64,000 nt of DNA from Candidatus Binatia bacterium (GTDB lineage: Bacteria > Desulfobacterota > Binatia > UBA12015). This document shows positions 1-10,465 of this stretch, in pieces. The stretch is taken from positions 7,531-71,530 of the forward strand of contig JAIEPK010000143.1 in NCBI GenBank assembly GCA_019749875.1. Direction: 5' to 3'. Both the position numbers and the translations under genes were made by a program. How positions within the stretch are numbered: the stretch's first letter is position 1; each line of letters begins with the position of its first letter. Below the pieces are notes generated by a model. That model was given only the letters and a program-made list of their open reading frames with translations, was not told where the DNA came from and did not search any database.

Positions 1-302
1 ACTAAGAGGCCGATCGCGCCGAAACAAGACGCAGACACGCGACCCACGCTGCAGCGCGTCGTGGGAAGCGGTGAGATCTTCCAACGCCGTCACGCGCTGC
101 CCGTGCACACGTGGACCATCATTGTGTCGCGCTCGGCCGGCGCGGTCACGCTCGGGTACGCGCCAACTCTTTTCTTGCCAGCGGAAGAACCGGCGCGGCT
201 TTGCTCGGGGGTGCCGCTAGAGCCAGCGACCGAGGACGGGCGACCTCTCGGCAGAAGGCCGCGCTCGTGCGCCTCGTGCCGGCGTACGCCGCCCTGGCCG
301 CA

Positions 303-884
303 TCAGTCTTCGATGAGCACCAGCGTGCCGTCGGGAACCATGTCGTACAGCTCGGCGACGTCGTCGTTCATCAACGACACGCAGCCGAAGGTCCAGTCGA
401 TGCCGAGCTCGTTGAAGCGCTCCTTGTCGGTACCGTGGATGCCGATCTCGCCACCCGGCCCCGCTGCTGCGAGGCCGTCGGCCATCGCACGACGGTGGTC
501 GTCGCGATCGCTGAGATTGGGATAGTCGAGCAGCATGAAGCGCGTCCACCGCGGGTGCTGGCGCTTGCCGACGATGCGGTACAGTCCGTTCGGGGTACGC
601 CGGTCGCCCTCGTGCACCTTGACCCCGGGGACACGACCGAACGCGACCTTGTCGAAGGTCCGCACCCAGTCGCCGTAGTGGTAGACCGAGAGCGTTCGGC
701 AGGAGCGCCGCACGACGATCACCCAGGGCTCGGAGCGCGCCCACTCGAGCGGCGCGCGATCGTCGCGCGCCGGCGCACCGAGCCCGACACCGCCCTGCGA
801 CGTCGTCGACGTCGTGCAGGCGAGCGGCACGAGCAGCAGCAAGAGAGCGAGCGCGCCGCGAACGATCGCTTCGCACCGGATCAT
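303..884 (-). CDS. L,D-transpeptidase (YkuD domain), secreted. The ORF track extends to 950, but a signal-peptide-like M (MIRCEAIV...LLLLLVPLAC) is the probable start.
   Basis: The translation carries the YkuD catalytic signature (...HGT....G...S.GCV.L...) and an N-terminal hydrophobic signal. Confidence 0.7.
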   Translation of the reverse strand: MIRCEAIVRGALALLLLLVPLACTTSTTSQGGVGLGAPARDDRAPLEWARSEPWVIVVRRSCRTLSVYHYGDWVRTFDKVAFGRVPGVKVHEGDRRTPNGLYRIVGKRQHPRWTRFMLLDYPNLSDRDDHRRAMADGLAAAGPGGEIGIHGTDKERFNELGIDWTFGCVSLMNDDVAELYDMVPDGTLVLIED

Positions 885-1027
885 GCGTCCCACGGCCGAC
901 CCTATACCATCTCGCATCCGGCGTGCGGCGCAGCGCGCGCGCGTTGGCAACGGAACGACCTCCGGGTAAACAGACTCGCTGCGTCCGCACGGGTCGCAGC
1001 GCAGCTCGCCATCCAGGAGAACGCCGC

Positions 1028-1507
1028 ATGTCCGTCGATCAGCTCGAGTTCCGCAGGGTGATGGGTCACTTCGCGACCGGAGTCACGGTCGTCACGTCGC
1101 ACGACGGCGCCGGCAAGCTCGGCGGTCTGACCGCGAACTCGGTCGCGTCGGTGTCGCTCGAGCCGCCTCTCGTCCTGGTGTGCGTCGACAAGAAGTCCGA
1201 CAGCTATCCGCTCTTCGGAGCGTCACAGAGCTTCGCGATCAACATCCTCGCCAACGAGCAGGAGACGCTGTCGCGCCGCTTCGCGAAGTCGGGCGGCGAC
1301 AAGTTCACCGGCGTCGCCTACCGAATCGGCACGACGGGCTGTCCGATCCTCGGCGACACGATCGCGTTTCTCGACTGCAACGTGCGCTACACGTTCGAGG
1401 CAGGCGATCACACGATCTACGTTGGCGAAGCGGTCGAGATCGAGGTCCGCTCGGAGTCCGACCCGCTGCTCTACTTCCGCGGCGGCTACCGGAACCTGAG
1501 CGCATGA
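1028..1507 (+). CDS. Flavin reductase family protein (NADH:flavin oxidoreductase, flavin_reduct domain).
   Basis: Motifs MGHFATGVTVVTS...GLTANSVASVSLEPPLV...F.INIL are typical of the HpaC/flavin reductase-like fold. The start was moved to the internal ATG (MSVDQLEF) because the upstream part is low-complexity. Confidence 0.7.
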   Translation: MSVDQLEFRRVMGHFATGVTVVTSHDGAGKLGGLTANSVASVSLEPPLVLVCVDKKSDSYPLFGASQSFAINILANEQETLSRRFAKSGGDKFTGVAYRIGTTGCPILGDTIAFLDCNVRYTFEAGDHTIYVGEAVEIEVRSESDPLLYFRGGYRNLSA

Positions 1508-2487
1508 GCGACCGGCTCGCGCGGCTCGCGATCGCCGCTGTCTGCGCCGGCGTGCTCGTGCTCGCAGGCTGCCAGCAGGGCGGGTCGACCGGCGACAAGC
1601 CGTTTCGCGTCGCGCTCCTGACACCGGGACCGATCAGCGACGGCGGCTGGAACGCCAGCGCGTACGAGGGGCTGCAGCTCATCAAGAAGGAGCTGGGTGC
1701 CGAGGTCAGCAACGTGCAGACCGGCACGCCGAGCGAGTTCGTCCAGGGCTTCCGCGACTACGCGGAGCAAGGCTACGACCTGGTGTTCGGTCACGGCTTC
1801 GAGTTCCAGGACCCCGCCATGCAGGTCGGCAAGGAGTTCCCGAACACGGCGTTCGTCGTCAGCTCCGGCAGCGTGCATGCGCCGAACGTCGCATCGATGA
1901 CGTTCCACCTCGACCAGGCGACGTACCTCGCCGGCATCGTCGCCGCCTCGCTTTCGAAGAGCGGTCGGGCGGGCTGCGTGGGCGGCATCAAGCTGCCCGT
2001 CATCCGCACGACGTTCGAGGGCTTCACCGCGGGCGCGAAGAGCGTCAAGCCCGACTTCGTCGTCGCCGAGGCCTACATCGGGAGCTTCGAGGACGTCGCT
2101 GCTGCGAAAGCCGCGACCGACGCCCTGATCGCTCAGGGCGCCGACTTCGTCCTGCAAAACGCGGACGCCGCAGGACTGGGGGTGTTCCAGTCGGCCGGTG
2201 CCAAGGGCGTGCTCGCCTTCGGCACCAACCGCGACCAGAGCGACGTCGCGCCGGAGACCGTGCTCGCGAGCGCGACCATCTCGATCCCGAAGGCGTTCCT
2301 GCAGGTGGCGCGCGAGGTGAAGGACAAGAAATTCAAGGGGCGCGTGCTCGAGGAGGACCTCGCCAGCGGCGTCATCGGCTTCGTCGTCAATCCCAAGCTC
2401 GCGAATCGGATCCCCGCGGACGTGCAGCAGCGCGTCGCCGATGCGCAGAAGCAGATCGAGAGCGGGGCACTGAAGGTCGGACAATGA
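1504..2487 (+). CDS. BMP family (PnrA/Med-like) ABC-transporter substrate-binding lipoprotein.
   Basis: Lipoprotein signal (LAGCQQG) followed by a basic-membrane-protein-like periplasmic binding fold. There is an ATGA start/stop overlap with the upstream gene. Confidence 0.7.
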   Translation: MSDRLARLAIAAVCAGVLVLAGCQQGGSTGDKPFRVALLTPGPISDGGWNASAYEGLQLIKKELGAEVSNVQTGTPSEFVQGFRDYAEQGYDLVFGHGFEFQDPAMQVGKEFPNTAFVVSSGSVHAPNVASMTFHLDQATYLAGIVAASLSKSGRAGCVGGIKLPVIRTTFEGFTAGAKSVKPDFVVAEAYIGSFEDVAAAKAATDALIAQGADFVLQNADAAGLGVFQSAGAKGVLAFGTNRDQSDVAPETVLASATISIPKAFLQVAREVKDKKFKGRVLEEDLASGVIGFVVNPKLANRIPADVQQRVADAQKQIESGALKVGQ

Positions 2488-3902
2488 GCGAATCGTCGGG
2501 CTCGGACCAGCGTCTCGCGGTCGTGGTGCTGGCTGCGGGGCAGGGCACAAGGATGAAGTCCGCGCATGCCAAGGTCCTGCACCACCTCGGCGGCAAGCCT
2601 CTCGTGCGCCACGTGCTCGACGCGTGCGCACCGCTCGGGGCCGCGCGGACGGCGGTGGTGGTCGGGCACCAGGCCGACGCGGTCGAGGCGGCGTGCGACG
2701 GCTACGGCGCGAGCTTCGCGCTGCAGCGCGAGCAGCGCGGCACCGGCCACGCCGTCCGGATCGCATGCGAGGCGAGTCTCGATGGATTCGCGGGCGATGT
2801 GGTCATCGTCTACGGCGACGTCCCGCTCCTCGAGACCGGGACGTTGCAGCGCCTACTGCGACGCCACCGCGAGCAGGGGGCGCTGCTGTCGCTTCTCACC
2901 ACCGTGGTCGACGATCCCTTCGGCTACGGACGCATCGTGCGCGACGCCGACGGACGACTGGAGGCGATCGTCGAGGAGCGCGACGCGAGCGTGGCACAGA
3001 AGCCGATCCGCGAAGTGAATCCCGGAATCTACTGCGCGCGCAGCGGATTCCTCGTCGAGGCGCTCGCCGAGCTCGTGCCGAACAACGCGCAGGGCGAGCT
3101 CTACTTGACGGACATCGTCGCGGCTGCGGTCCGCGGTGGCGGGAACGTCTGCACCGAGCCGGTCGATCCGCACGAGGTCGCCGGGATCAATTCGCGCGCG
3201 GAGCTGGCACGACTCGAGGGGATTCTTCGCCAGACGATCGTCGCGCGTCACATGGCCGCGGGCGTCACGTTCCTCGATCCCGCCACGGCTTACGTCGACG
3301 CATCGGTGACCATCGGCGCCGACACGGTCATCGGGCCCGGCGTGCACCTGCACGGGCGCACCACGATCGGCCGAGATTGCACCATCGACGGCAACGCCTA
3401 CGTCACCGACTCGGAGCTCGCCGACGGAGTCCACCTGCGTCCGATGGTCGTGCTCACCGAGGCGACGGTCGGGCGAGGCGCGATCATCGGACCGTTCGCG
3501 CAGCTGCGGCCGGGCGCCGAGCTGCACGAGGACGTCCACATCGGCAACTTCGTCGAGGTGAAGAAGTCGGTGATCGGGAGGGGCACCAAGGCCAATCACC
3601 TCGCCTATCTCGGCGACGCCACGATCGGCAGCGCGAGCAACATCGGGGCGGGCACCATCACCTGCAACTACGACGGCTTCGCGAAGCACCGCACCGTGAT
3701 CGGTGACCGGGTGCAGATCGGCAGCGACAGCCAGCTCGTCGCCCCGGTGACGATCGGCGACGACGCATACGTCGCGACCGGCACTACGGTGCGGCACGAC
3801 GTCGAGCCCGGTGCGCTCGCATTCAACCCGAGGCCGGATCAGCGCCGCGCCGGCTGGGTCGAGGGCTTCCGCAAGCGTCAGGCACCCAAGAAGAAGAGCT
3901 GA
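2484..3902 (+). CDS. glmU: Bifunctional UDP-N-acetylglucosamine pyrophosphorylase / glucosamine-1-phosphate N-acetyltransferase.
   Basis: N-terminal LAAGQGTRMKS nucleotidyltransferase motif and C-terminal left-handed beta-helix hexapeptide repeats. Full length is about 470 aa. Confidence 0.9.
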   Translation: MSESSGSDQRLAVVVLAAGQGTRMKSAHAKVLHHLGGKPLVRHVLDACAPLGAARTAVVVGHQADAVEAACDGYGASFALQREQRGTGHAVRIACEASLDGFAGDVVIVYGDVPLLETGTLQRLLRRHREQGALLSLLTTVVDDPFGYGRIVRDADGRLEAIVEERDASVAQKPIREVNPGIYCARSGFLVEALAELVPNNAQGELYLTDIVAAAVRGGGNVCTEPVDPHEVAGINSRAELARLEGILRQTIVARHMAAGVTFLDPATAYVDASVTIGADTVIGPGVHLHGRTTIGRDCTIDGNAYVTDSELADGVHLRPMVVLTEATVGRGAIIGPFAQLRPGAELHEDVHIGNFVEVKKSVIGRGTKANHLAYLGDATIGSASNIGAGTITCNYDGFAKHRTVIGDRVQIGSDSQLVAPVTIGDDAYVATGTTVRHDVEPGALAFNPRPDQRRAGWVEGFRKRQAPKKKS

Positions 3903-3914
3903 GCGCCCATCGGC

Positions 3915-5153
3915 TCAGGCTCGGGCAGCCGTGTACCGCGAGGCGGCTCGGCGGCGTGCGTCCTCGCGAGCCGCGACCCTGCCCAGCACGAGATACAGCG
4001 GTGCCATGACCACGAGCAGCGCCGCACACGCGAGCCATGCGGCGGGGATGCCCTGCGCACGTGCCACCACGCCGATCGCCATCAGGCCGAGCGAGCCACC
4101 GAGCATGAACGACATCCCGCCGACCGAGAGCACGGTCGCGCGCAGGTCCTCGGTCACGTGCTCGTTCAGCCAGGCGGTCACGACCGGCTGACGCGCCGCG
4201 GTCCCGACCTCGAACAGGACGAGCCCGCCGAGCACCGGCCAGGGCGAACCCGCGAGCGCGGCTGCGGCCACGAAGACCGCGCGCCATACCGCCACGGCGA
4301 GCAGCAGCCGCTCGCGCCGCATGCGGCGCAGCAATGGAAGCACCAGCAACGAGCCGGCGAGGGCGGCGAGGTTCAGCAGAGCCCAGGCCCAGCCGAGCAG
4401 CCAGAATCCGCCCCCGAGCATCGCCTCGAGACGAGGCGGCCAGTAGAGCACGACGGGCATCATCGCCGCCGCGCTGACCACCGTCAGCAGACAGAGCAAC
4501 CGCAAGACCGCATGGTCGCGCACCGCGATCACTCCCGCGGTCACCGTCGACGCGAGCGAGCGCGGTGCAGCGAGTCGCGACGCACGGCGCGCGACGCGGT
4601 CGTCCGCCATGGCGAGCAGGCCGACGAGGAAGGCGATGCCGTGAAACGACGCCGCGACGAGCCAGGTCGCGGCGAAGCCGAAACGGTCCGCGAGGTAGCC
4701 GCACGCCACGCCGCCGAGCACCATGACGCCGCGAACGACCGCCTGCGAGCGTGCGAACATCCGATCCGGCGACCGGTCGTCGCCCTCGGCGCGCACGCCG
4801 TCCACCGCCCACGCATCGATGGCACCGCTCGCCAGCGTCACGCCGAACGCGTCGACCAGCTCGGCGACGGCACAGGCGGTGAACCCTTCCGCCACTGCGT
4901 ACAGGGCAAACGCCGCCATCCGGACGAGACACGACAGCAGAAACGACATCTTGCGGCCGTAGAGATCGGCGACCGCGCCGGTCGGGACCTCGAAGGCGAA
5001 CGTGCCGAATTGGAAGATCGCGAGGACGAGGCCGACCTCGAAGAGATCGAGCCCGCGGCTCTGGAGAAAGATCGGGTAGACCGGGTGCATGAACCACCCG
5101 GGCAGATTCCACAGCGCCACGACGACGTAGTAGGTGCGCTCGGTCTGCGTCAT
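3915..5153 (-). CDS. MFS transporter.
   Basis: About 12 predicted TM helices. MFS-like loop motif (LADRFGRK-like: ADLYGRKMS). Confidence 0.7.
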   Translation of the reverse strand: MTQTERTYYVVVALWNLPGWFMHPVYPIFLQSRGLDLFEVGLVLAIFQFGTFAFEVPTGAVADLYGRKMSFLLSCLVRMAAFALYAVAEGFTACAVAELVDAFGVTLASGAIDAWAVDGVRAEGDDRSPDRMFARSQAVVRGVMVLGGVACGYLADRFGFAATWLVAASFHGIAFLVGLLAMADDRVARRASRLAAPRSLASTVTAGVIAVRDHAVLRLLCLLTVVSAAAMMPVVLYWPPRLEAMLGGGFWLLGWAWALLNLAALAGSLLVLPLLRRMRRERLLLAVAVWRAVFVAAAALAGSPWPVLGGLVLFEVGTAARQPVVTAWLNEHVTEDLRATVLSVGGMSFMLGGSLGLMAIGVVARAQGIPAAWLACAALLVVMAPLYLVLGRVAAREDARRRAASRYTAARA

Positions 5154-5378
5154 CGTCCCCGCGCTCCCGGCATCGGGCTTGCTGATGCCTCCGACCTGCG
5201 CCTGTCAACGGAGCGCGATCGCACGATCGTCGACGGGCCGCTCCGGCGACGACGACACGGTGAATGCCCCGACGGCGGTCCGGGCCGCGCCACGTCCTAA
5301 AGGAGCACGCTGTCGCGTCCGATCAGCGCAAGGTAGTCTTGTCGACGACGACGCGCGGAGAAAGCGGGACCCCCACCT

Positions 5379-7208
5379 ATGTGCGGAATCATGGGCTACA
5401 TCGGCGAGCAGGAGGCGAGTCGAATCATCGTCGATGGGCTGCGCCGCCTCGAGTATCGCGGCTACGACTCGGCCGGCATCGCGACGCTGGTCAACGGCCA
5501 CGTCGACATCCGGCGCTGCGTCGGCAAGCTCGACAACCTCGAGAAGCTGCTGCGCGACAAGCCGCTCGAAGGCGCGATCGGACTGGGTCACACGCGGTGG
5601 GCGACACACGGCCGACCGTCGGAAGAGAACGCCCACCCACACCGTGCCGGGAAAGTCGTCGTCATCCACAACGGCATCATCGAGAACTATCTCGAGCTGA
5701 AGGCGGACCTCGAGCGCAAGGGTCGGACGTTCCAGTCCGAGACCGACACCGAGGTCATCTCCCAGCTCATCGACGAGCGCATGTCCGAAGGCTTGTCGTT
5801 CCTCGATGCGGCGCGCGCCGCGGTGAAGCAGCTGCACGGATCGTTCTCGATCGTCGTGCTGTGCGACGACGATCGGACGCGCCTCCTCGCCGCAAAGACC
5901 GCGACGCCGATCGTGATCGGCCTCGGCCAAGGCGAGAACTTCATCGCCTCGGACATCCCCGCCATCCTCGACCACACGCGCGACGTGCTGTTCCTCGAGG
6001 ACGGCGAGATGGCCGAGGTGTCGCGCGACAGGGTGAAGGTCACCACGTTCGACGGCGAACCGGTCGAGCGCGCGCCGAAGCACATCAGCTGGGATCCGGT
6101 CACCGCGCAGAAGGGTGGCTACAAGCACTTCCTCGCGAAGGAGATCCACGAGCAGCCGCAGGCGATGATCGACACCATGCTCGGGCGGATCCGTCAGGAG
6201 GAAGGCGACGTCGCGCTGCCGGAGCTCGATGCCCTCGGGCTCGATTGGTCGAGCGTCAAGCGAATCTATCTGACTGCGTGCGGCACCGCGTGGCACTCCT
6301 GCCTGGTCGGCAAGTTCCTGCTCGAGGAGATGACGCGCATCCCGGTCGACGTCGATTACGCGAGCGAGTTCCGCTACCGGCAGCCGATCCTCGGTCCGGA
6401 CGTTCTGCTGATCGCGGTGTCACAGTCCGGCGAGACCGCGGATACGCTCGCCGCAGTGGAAGAAGCACGCGGCGCGGGCGCGAAGGTTCTGTCGATCTGC
6501 AACGTGGTCGACGCGTCGATCCCGCGGCGCTCGAACGGCGTGCTGTACACGCACGCGGGGCCCGAGATCTCGGTCGCGAGCACCAAGGCGTTCACCACCC
6601 AGCTGACCGCGTTCTACCTCTTGTCGCTCTACCTCGGGCGCCAGATGGGAAGGCTGGACGAGCAACGCGGGCGCACGCTGGTGGCCGACCTCGTCAATCT
6701 GCCGAGCCTCGTCCAAGAGACGCTCACGCGCGGCAAGCAGATCGAGAAGATCGCGAAGAAGTACGGGCACGCCAGCGACTTCCTCTATCTCGGACGCGGC
6801 ATCAACTATCCGATCGCGCTCGAGGGCGCGCTCAAGCTGAAGGAGATCTCGTACATCCACGCCGAGGGCTATCCCGCAGGCGAGATGAAGCACGGGCCGA
6901 TCGCGCTCATCGACGAGCAGCTGCCCGTGGTCGTCCTTCTCCCGAAGGACCCGATGTACCCGAAGACGCTCTCGAACCTGAAGGAGGTCGAGGCACGCGG
7001 GGGGCGGATCATCGCGCTCACCGATGCGCCCTCGCCCGAGCTCGAGGAGGTCGCCTGGGAGGTCGTGTCGATCCCGCAGGTGAACCACCTCTTGGCGCCC
7101 ATCCTGCTCGTGATCCCGCTCCAGCTTCTTGCCTACTCGATCGCGGTCTACCGCGGCTCCGACGTCGACCAGCCCCGCAACCTCGCCAAGAGCGTCACGG
7201 TGGAATGA
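5379..7208 (+). CDS. glmS: Glutamine--fructose-6-phosphate aminotransferase (isomerizing).
   Basis: Starts MCGIMGYIG (Ntn amidotransferase with Cys2). Two SIS domains. C-terminal ...YSIAVYRGSDVDQPRNLAKSVTVE. Confidence 0.95.
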   Translation: MCGIMGYIGEQEASRIIVDGLRRLEYRGYDSAGIATLVNGHVDIRRCVGKLDNLEKLLRDKPLEGAIGLGHTRWATHGRPSEENAHPHRAGKVVVIHNGIIENYLELKADLERKGRTFQSETDTEVISQLIDERMSEGLSFLDAARAAVKQLHGSFSIVVLCDDDRTRLLAAKTATPIVIGLGQGENFIASDIPAILDHTRDVLFLEDGEMAEVSRDRVKVTTFDGEPVERAPKHISWDPVTAQKGGYKHFLAKEIHEQPQAMIDTMLGRIRQEEGDVALPELDALGLDWSSVKRIYLTACGTAWHSCLVGKFLLEEMTRIPVDVDYASEFRYRQPILGPDVLLIAVSQSGETADTLAAVEEARGAGAKVLSICNVVDASIPRRSNGVLYTHAGPEISVASTKAFTTQLTAFYLLSLYLGRQMGRLDEQRGRTLVADLVNLPSLVQETLTRGKQIEKIAKKYGHASDFLYLGRGINYPIALEGALKLKEISYIHAEGYPAGEMKHGPIALIDEQLPVVVLLPKDPMYPKTLSNLKEVEARGGRIIALTDAPSPELEEVAWEVVSIPQVNHLLAPILLVIPLQLLAYSIAVYRGSDVDQPRNLAKSVTVE

Positions 7209-7286
7209 ACGATGATCATGGCCTTTTCCATGCTTTTTGATTGGTGACGAGCGAGGCGTGAGATAAGCCTCCCATAGAACCATCGT

Positions 7287-8876
7287 GTGGAGGACGCCGT
7301 GAACCATGGCGGCTCGACGGACGATCGATTTGGTCAGCTCGTGGAGCTGGCTCCGGACGCGATGCTCGGCGTCGACGCCGACGGGGGAATCGTCTGGATC
7401 AACGCTCAGGCGGAGCGCCTGTTCGGCTACCGCCGCGCGGAGCTCGTCGGACGTCCGGTCGAGGTCTTGCTGCCCGAGGCGCTACGCGCCGCCCACGCGC
7501 GGCACCGTGCGTCGTTCATGAGCGAGCCGCGCACGAGACCGATGGGAGCCGGTCTCGACTTGACGGCCCGGCGCAACGACGGGTCGGAGTTCCCGGCCGA
7601 GGTCAGCTTGGTTCCGGTGCAGACCTCGGATGGGTTGATCGTCACCGGCGTGGTGCGCGATCTCACCACGCAACGGGCTGCCGAAGCCGAGCGGCTGCGC
7701 CTGGCTCGCGAGCGGGCCGAGGTCGACAGCGCGAGTCGCACCAAGGACCAGTTCCTCACGACCCTGTCACACGAGCTGCGCACGCCGCTGCAGGCGATCT
7801 TGGGCTGGGTGCGCATGCTGCGCTCGGGCTCTCTCGACGAGACCGTGGCGGCGCGCGCGCTCGAGACCATCGAGCGCAATGCCCGCAGCCAAGCACGACT
7901 CATCGACGATCTCCTCGAGATGTCGCGTATCGTCTCCGGCAGCATCGAGCTCGATTTCCGGATCGTCGAGCTTCCCTTGGTCATCGACGCCGCAGTCGAC
8001 GGCATCCGGGCGACTGCGTACGCGCGCCGGATCCGCCTGCACACGCTGGTCGACCCGGCGGTCGGGGCGGTCTGGGGCGACCCGGAGCGACTCCAGCAGG
8101 TGATCTGGAACCTGGTGTCGAACGCCGTCAAGTTTACGCCAGAAGGGGGCAAGGTCGAGCTGCGGGTCGAGCCCGGCAGCGCGGGAACCGCGAACGTCAT
8201 GGTCTCGGACACCGGCAAGGGCATCGACGCGGCGGTCCTCGATCAGGTGTTCGAGCGCTTCGCGCAGGGCGAGCACGGCAGTCGTCTGCAGGGTGGGCTC
8301 GGCCTCGGGCTCGCGATCGTGCGCCACCTCGTCGAGCTGCACGGCGGCACGGTCCGGGTCGACAGTCGGGGCGAGACGAAAGGAACCCGGTTCGTGGTCA
8401 CGTTGCCTCTCGCCGGAGAGCCGGCGATGCTGCCGGATGCGGCCACTGAGCGGCCGGCGCGGGACGAGATCGCGTCGAGTCTCGACGGCCTGCGCGTGCT
8501 CGTCGTGGACGACGAGCCCGACACGCTGGAGGTCGTCGGTGCGGCCCTCCGGCATGCCGGCGCCGAGGTCGTCAGTGCGGCTTCGGCCGCGGAAGCGCTG
8601 CGTTGTCTGCGCGAGAGCGCACCCGACGTGCTGATCAGCGACCTGGCGATGCCGGGCGAGGACGGCTTCGACCTCATCACCAAGGTACGCGCCCTCGACG
8701 ACGAGTCCGGCGGCGGGGTACCGGCGGTGGCCCTGAGCGCATTCACCGGATCCGAGGATCGGCATCATGCGCTCGACGCGGGCTTCCAGCTCTACGTCGC
8801 GAAACCGATCGAGCCGCTCGAGCTGGTCCGTCTCGTGCGGCGGCTGTCGGACGCGCCGCCCATGATCACGGCGTGA
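7287..8876 (+). CDS. Hybrid sensor histidine kinase (PAS - HisKA - HATPase_c - receiver), GTG start.
   Basis: H-box SHELRTPL, G-box GLGLGLAIV, and a C-terminal REC domain (LVVDDEPD...DLAMPGEDG...K). Confidence 0.8.
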   Translation: MEDAVNHGGSTDDRFGQLVELAPDAMLGVDADGGIVWINAQAERLFGYRRAELVGRPVEVLLPEALRAAHARHRASFMSEPRTRPMGAGLDLTARRNDGSEFPAEVSLVPVQTSDGLIVTGVVRDLTTQRAAEAERLRLARERAEVDSASRTKDQFLTTLSHELRTPLQAILGWVRMLRSGSLDETVAARALETIERNARSQARLIDDLLEMSRIVSGSIELDFRIVELPLVIDAAVDGIRATAYARRIRLHTLVDPAVGAVWGDPERLQQVIWNLVSNAVKFTPEGGKVELRVEPGSAGTANVMVSDTGKGIDAAVLDQVFERFAQGEHGSRLQGGLGLGLAIVRHLVELHGGTVRVDSRGETKGTRFVVTLPLAGEPAMLPDAATERPARDEIASSLDGLRVLVVDDEPDTLEVVGAALRHAGAEVVSAASAAEALRCLRESAPDVLISDLAMPGEDGFDLITKVRALDDESGGGVPAVALSAFTGSEDRHHALDAGFQLYVAKPIEPLELVRLVRRLSDAPPMITA

Positions 8877-10465
8877 CGGAGCGCCGGGTGCCGAAGCCAC
8901 CGGCCAGCGACCGCACCGACTTCTACGACCACGCACCGTGCGGGTTCCACGCGCTCGACGAGAACGGCGTGATGGTCGACGTGAACGAGACCGAGCTCGA
9001 GCTGCTGCAACGCTCGCGCGACGAAGTCATCGGCAAGTGCCGTTTTCTGGAGTTCCTGGCCCCGCGCAGCAAGCAGCGCTTCGTGCGGGAGTTCCCGACC
9101 TTCAAGCGTTCCGGTCGCATCGAGGGGTTGCCGTTCGATCTGGTGCGCAAGGATGGATCGACGGTTCCTGTGCTGCTCAGCGCGACCGCCTTGTTCGACG
9201 AGAACGGGCGCTTCGTGCGCAGCCGCTCCGTCATCGTTCGCGACCCTCGGCGCGGACTGCCCGAGGACTCCGTGCGGGAAGCGTACGACACGCTCCAGGA
9301 GAAGCTCGACGACGAGAAGCAGCAGCTCGAGACGGCCATCGCGGCGTTGCGGGACGAGATCGACGAGCGCGAGCGGGCCGAGGCGCTGCTGCGTCTCAGC
9401 GAGGAGCGCGCCCTGGCCGTGATCGACGCGGTGATCGACGGCGTGATCACCTGCGACGACGGCGGCTTCGTCGAGACCATGAATCCCGCCGCCGAGCGCA
9501 TCTTCGGCTGGCGGGAGAGCGAGCTCAGTGGACGCAGCGCTCTGCTCCTGCTGGCCGCGCCGTACGCGCAGCGGTATCGCGAGTTCCTGGCGCGTCCCCG
9601 GGCCGAGGACGGGTTGATCGGCACCAAGCGCGAGATCGACGGGCTGCGCAGGGACGGGAGCGTCTTCCCGATCGAGGTCGCCTTCAGCGAGATGCGCCTC
9701 GGATCGCGGCTCCTGCTCATCGCCACCGTGCGGGACCTGTCCGACAAGCGCCGCGCCGAGGCCGAGCTCGAGCGCCTGCAGGCGGAGGTACGGCGCAACG
9801 AGGTGATGGCCATGATCGGCTCGCTGGTCGCCGGCTTCGCGCACGAAGCGCGCAACCCGCTGTTCGGGATCTCCGCGGTGCTCGACGCGCTCGCGGTGCG
9901 CCTCGGCGAGACGACGGAGTACGCCGAGCACCTGGCGTTGGTCCGTCGCGACGTGAAGCGGCTGAACGACCTCATGCAAGATCTGCTGGAGTTCGGCCGT
10001 CCCAGCGAACAGATCGATTTGGCGCGCAGGCCGATCGCGACCGTCCTCGCCGATGCGGTCGCCGAATGCACGACGCTCTGCCGGGCCTGCGATGTCGCGA
10101 TCGAGGCGCAGCTCGACGACGACGGAGCGATCGTCGTGGCCAACGATCGGCTGGTGCGGGGATTCCAGAACCTGCTGCAGAACGCGATCCAGTTCTCGCC
10201 GCGAGGAGCCGTCGTGACGCTGGCGTCCGCATGTGAAGAGCCGGGCGTCGTGACCTGTACGGTGCGCGATCGCGGCCCGGGCCTCGCCGAGGCCGACCTG
10301 CCGCGCCTGTTCGAGCCGTTCTACACCAGGCGCCGCGGCGGGACGGGGCTCGGGCTGGCCATCGTGCAGCGCATCGTCGAGGAGCACCGCGGGTCGGTGG
10401 GGGCGGCGAATCACCGCGACGGCGGCGCCGTGCTGTCGGTCCGGCTGCCGGTGAGCGCGGCATGA
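8873..10465 (+). CDS. PAS-domain sensor histidine kinase. The ORF-track start at 8603 is probably too far upstream. A GTG at 8873 overlaps the preceding stop (GTGA).
   Basis: Two PAS-like segments, a coiled-coil, H-box FAHEARNPL, and HATPase (GTGLGLAIV). Confidence 0.7.
   Translation: MTERRVPKPPASDRTDFYDHAPCGFHALDENGVMVDVNETELELLQRSRDEVIGKCRFLEFLAPRSKQRFVREFPTFKRSGRIEGLPFDLVRKDGSTVPVLLSATALFDENGRFVRSRSVIVRDPRRGLPEDSVREAYDTLQEKLDDEKQQLETAIAALRDEIDERERAEALLRLSEERALAVIDAVIDGVITCDDGGFVETMNPAAERIFGWRESELSGRSALLLLAAPYAQRYREFLARPRAEDGLIGTKREIDGLRRDGSVFPIEVAFSEMRLGSRLLLIATVRDLSDKRRAEAELERLQAEVRRNEVMAMIGSLVAGFAHEARNPLFGISAVLDALAVRLGETTEYAEHLALVRRDVKRLNDLMQDLLEFGRPSEQIDLARRPIATVLADAVAECTTLCRACDVAIEAQLDDDGAIVVANDRLVRGFQNLLQNAIQFSPRGAVVTLASACEEPGVVTCTVRDRGPGLAEADLPRLFEPFYTRRRGGTGLGLAIVQRIVEEHRGSVGAANHRDGGAVLSVRLPVSAA

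Noticed and set aside
1-302. Possible partial gene at the left edge (track ORFs 61-525 +, 217-1029 -)
   Set aside because: The translations are low-complexity and unrecognisable, and they overlap the L,D-transpeptidase. I cannot support a call.
1486-2766. 426-aa minus-strand ORF (and many similar: 3823-5208 -, 5264-7240 +, 5205-6296 -, 8792-10612 -, 8923-10143 -, 14813-16819 +, 15969-16982 -, 34879-36675 -, 37287-38831 -, 39054-40070 -, 45243-47315 -, 53509-55992 +, 56442-57839 +, 57951-59345 +, 59867-61390 +)
   Set aside because: All lie antisense or out of frame to well-supported conserved genes (BMP/glmU, MFS, glmS, HK, atpA, atpD, gyrA, gyrB, dnaN, dnaA, etc.). Their translations are Arg/Ala/Gly/Pro-rich low-complexity typical of stop-codon-poor high-GC DNA.
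8603-8872. Upstream 90 codons of the PAS histidine kinase ORF
   Set aside because: They overlap the 3' end of the hybrid HK in another frame and are low-complexity. A GTG at 8873 gives 4-bp coupling.
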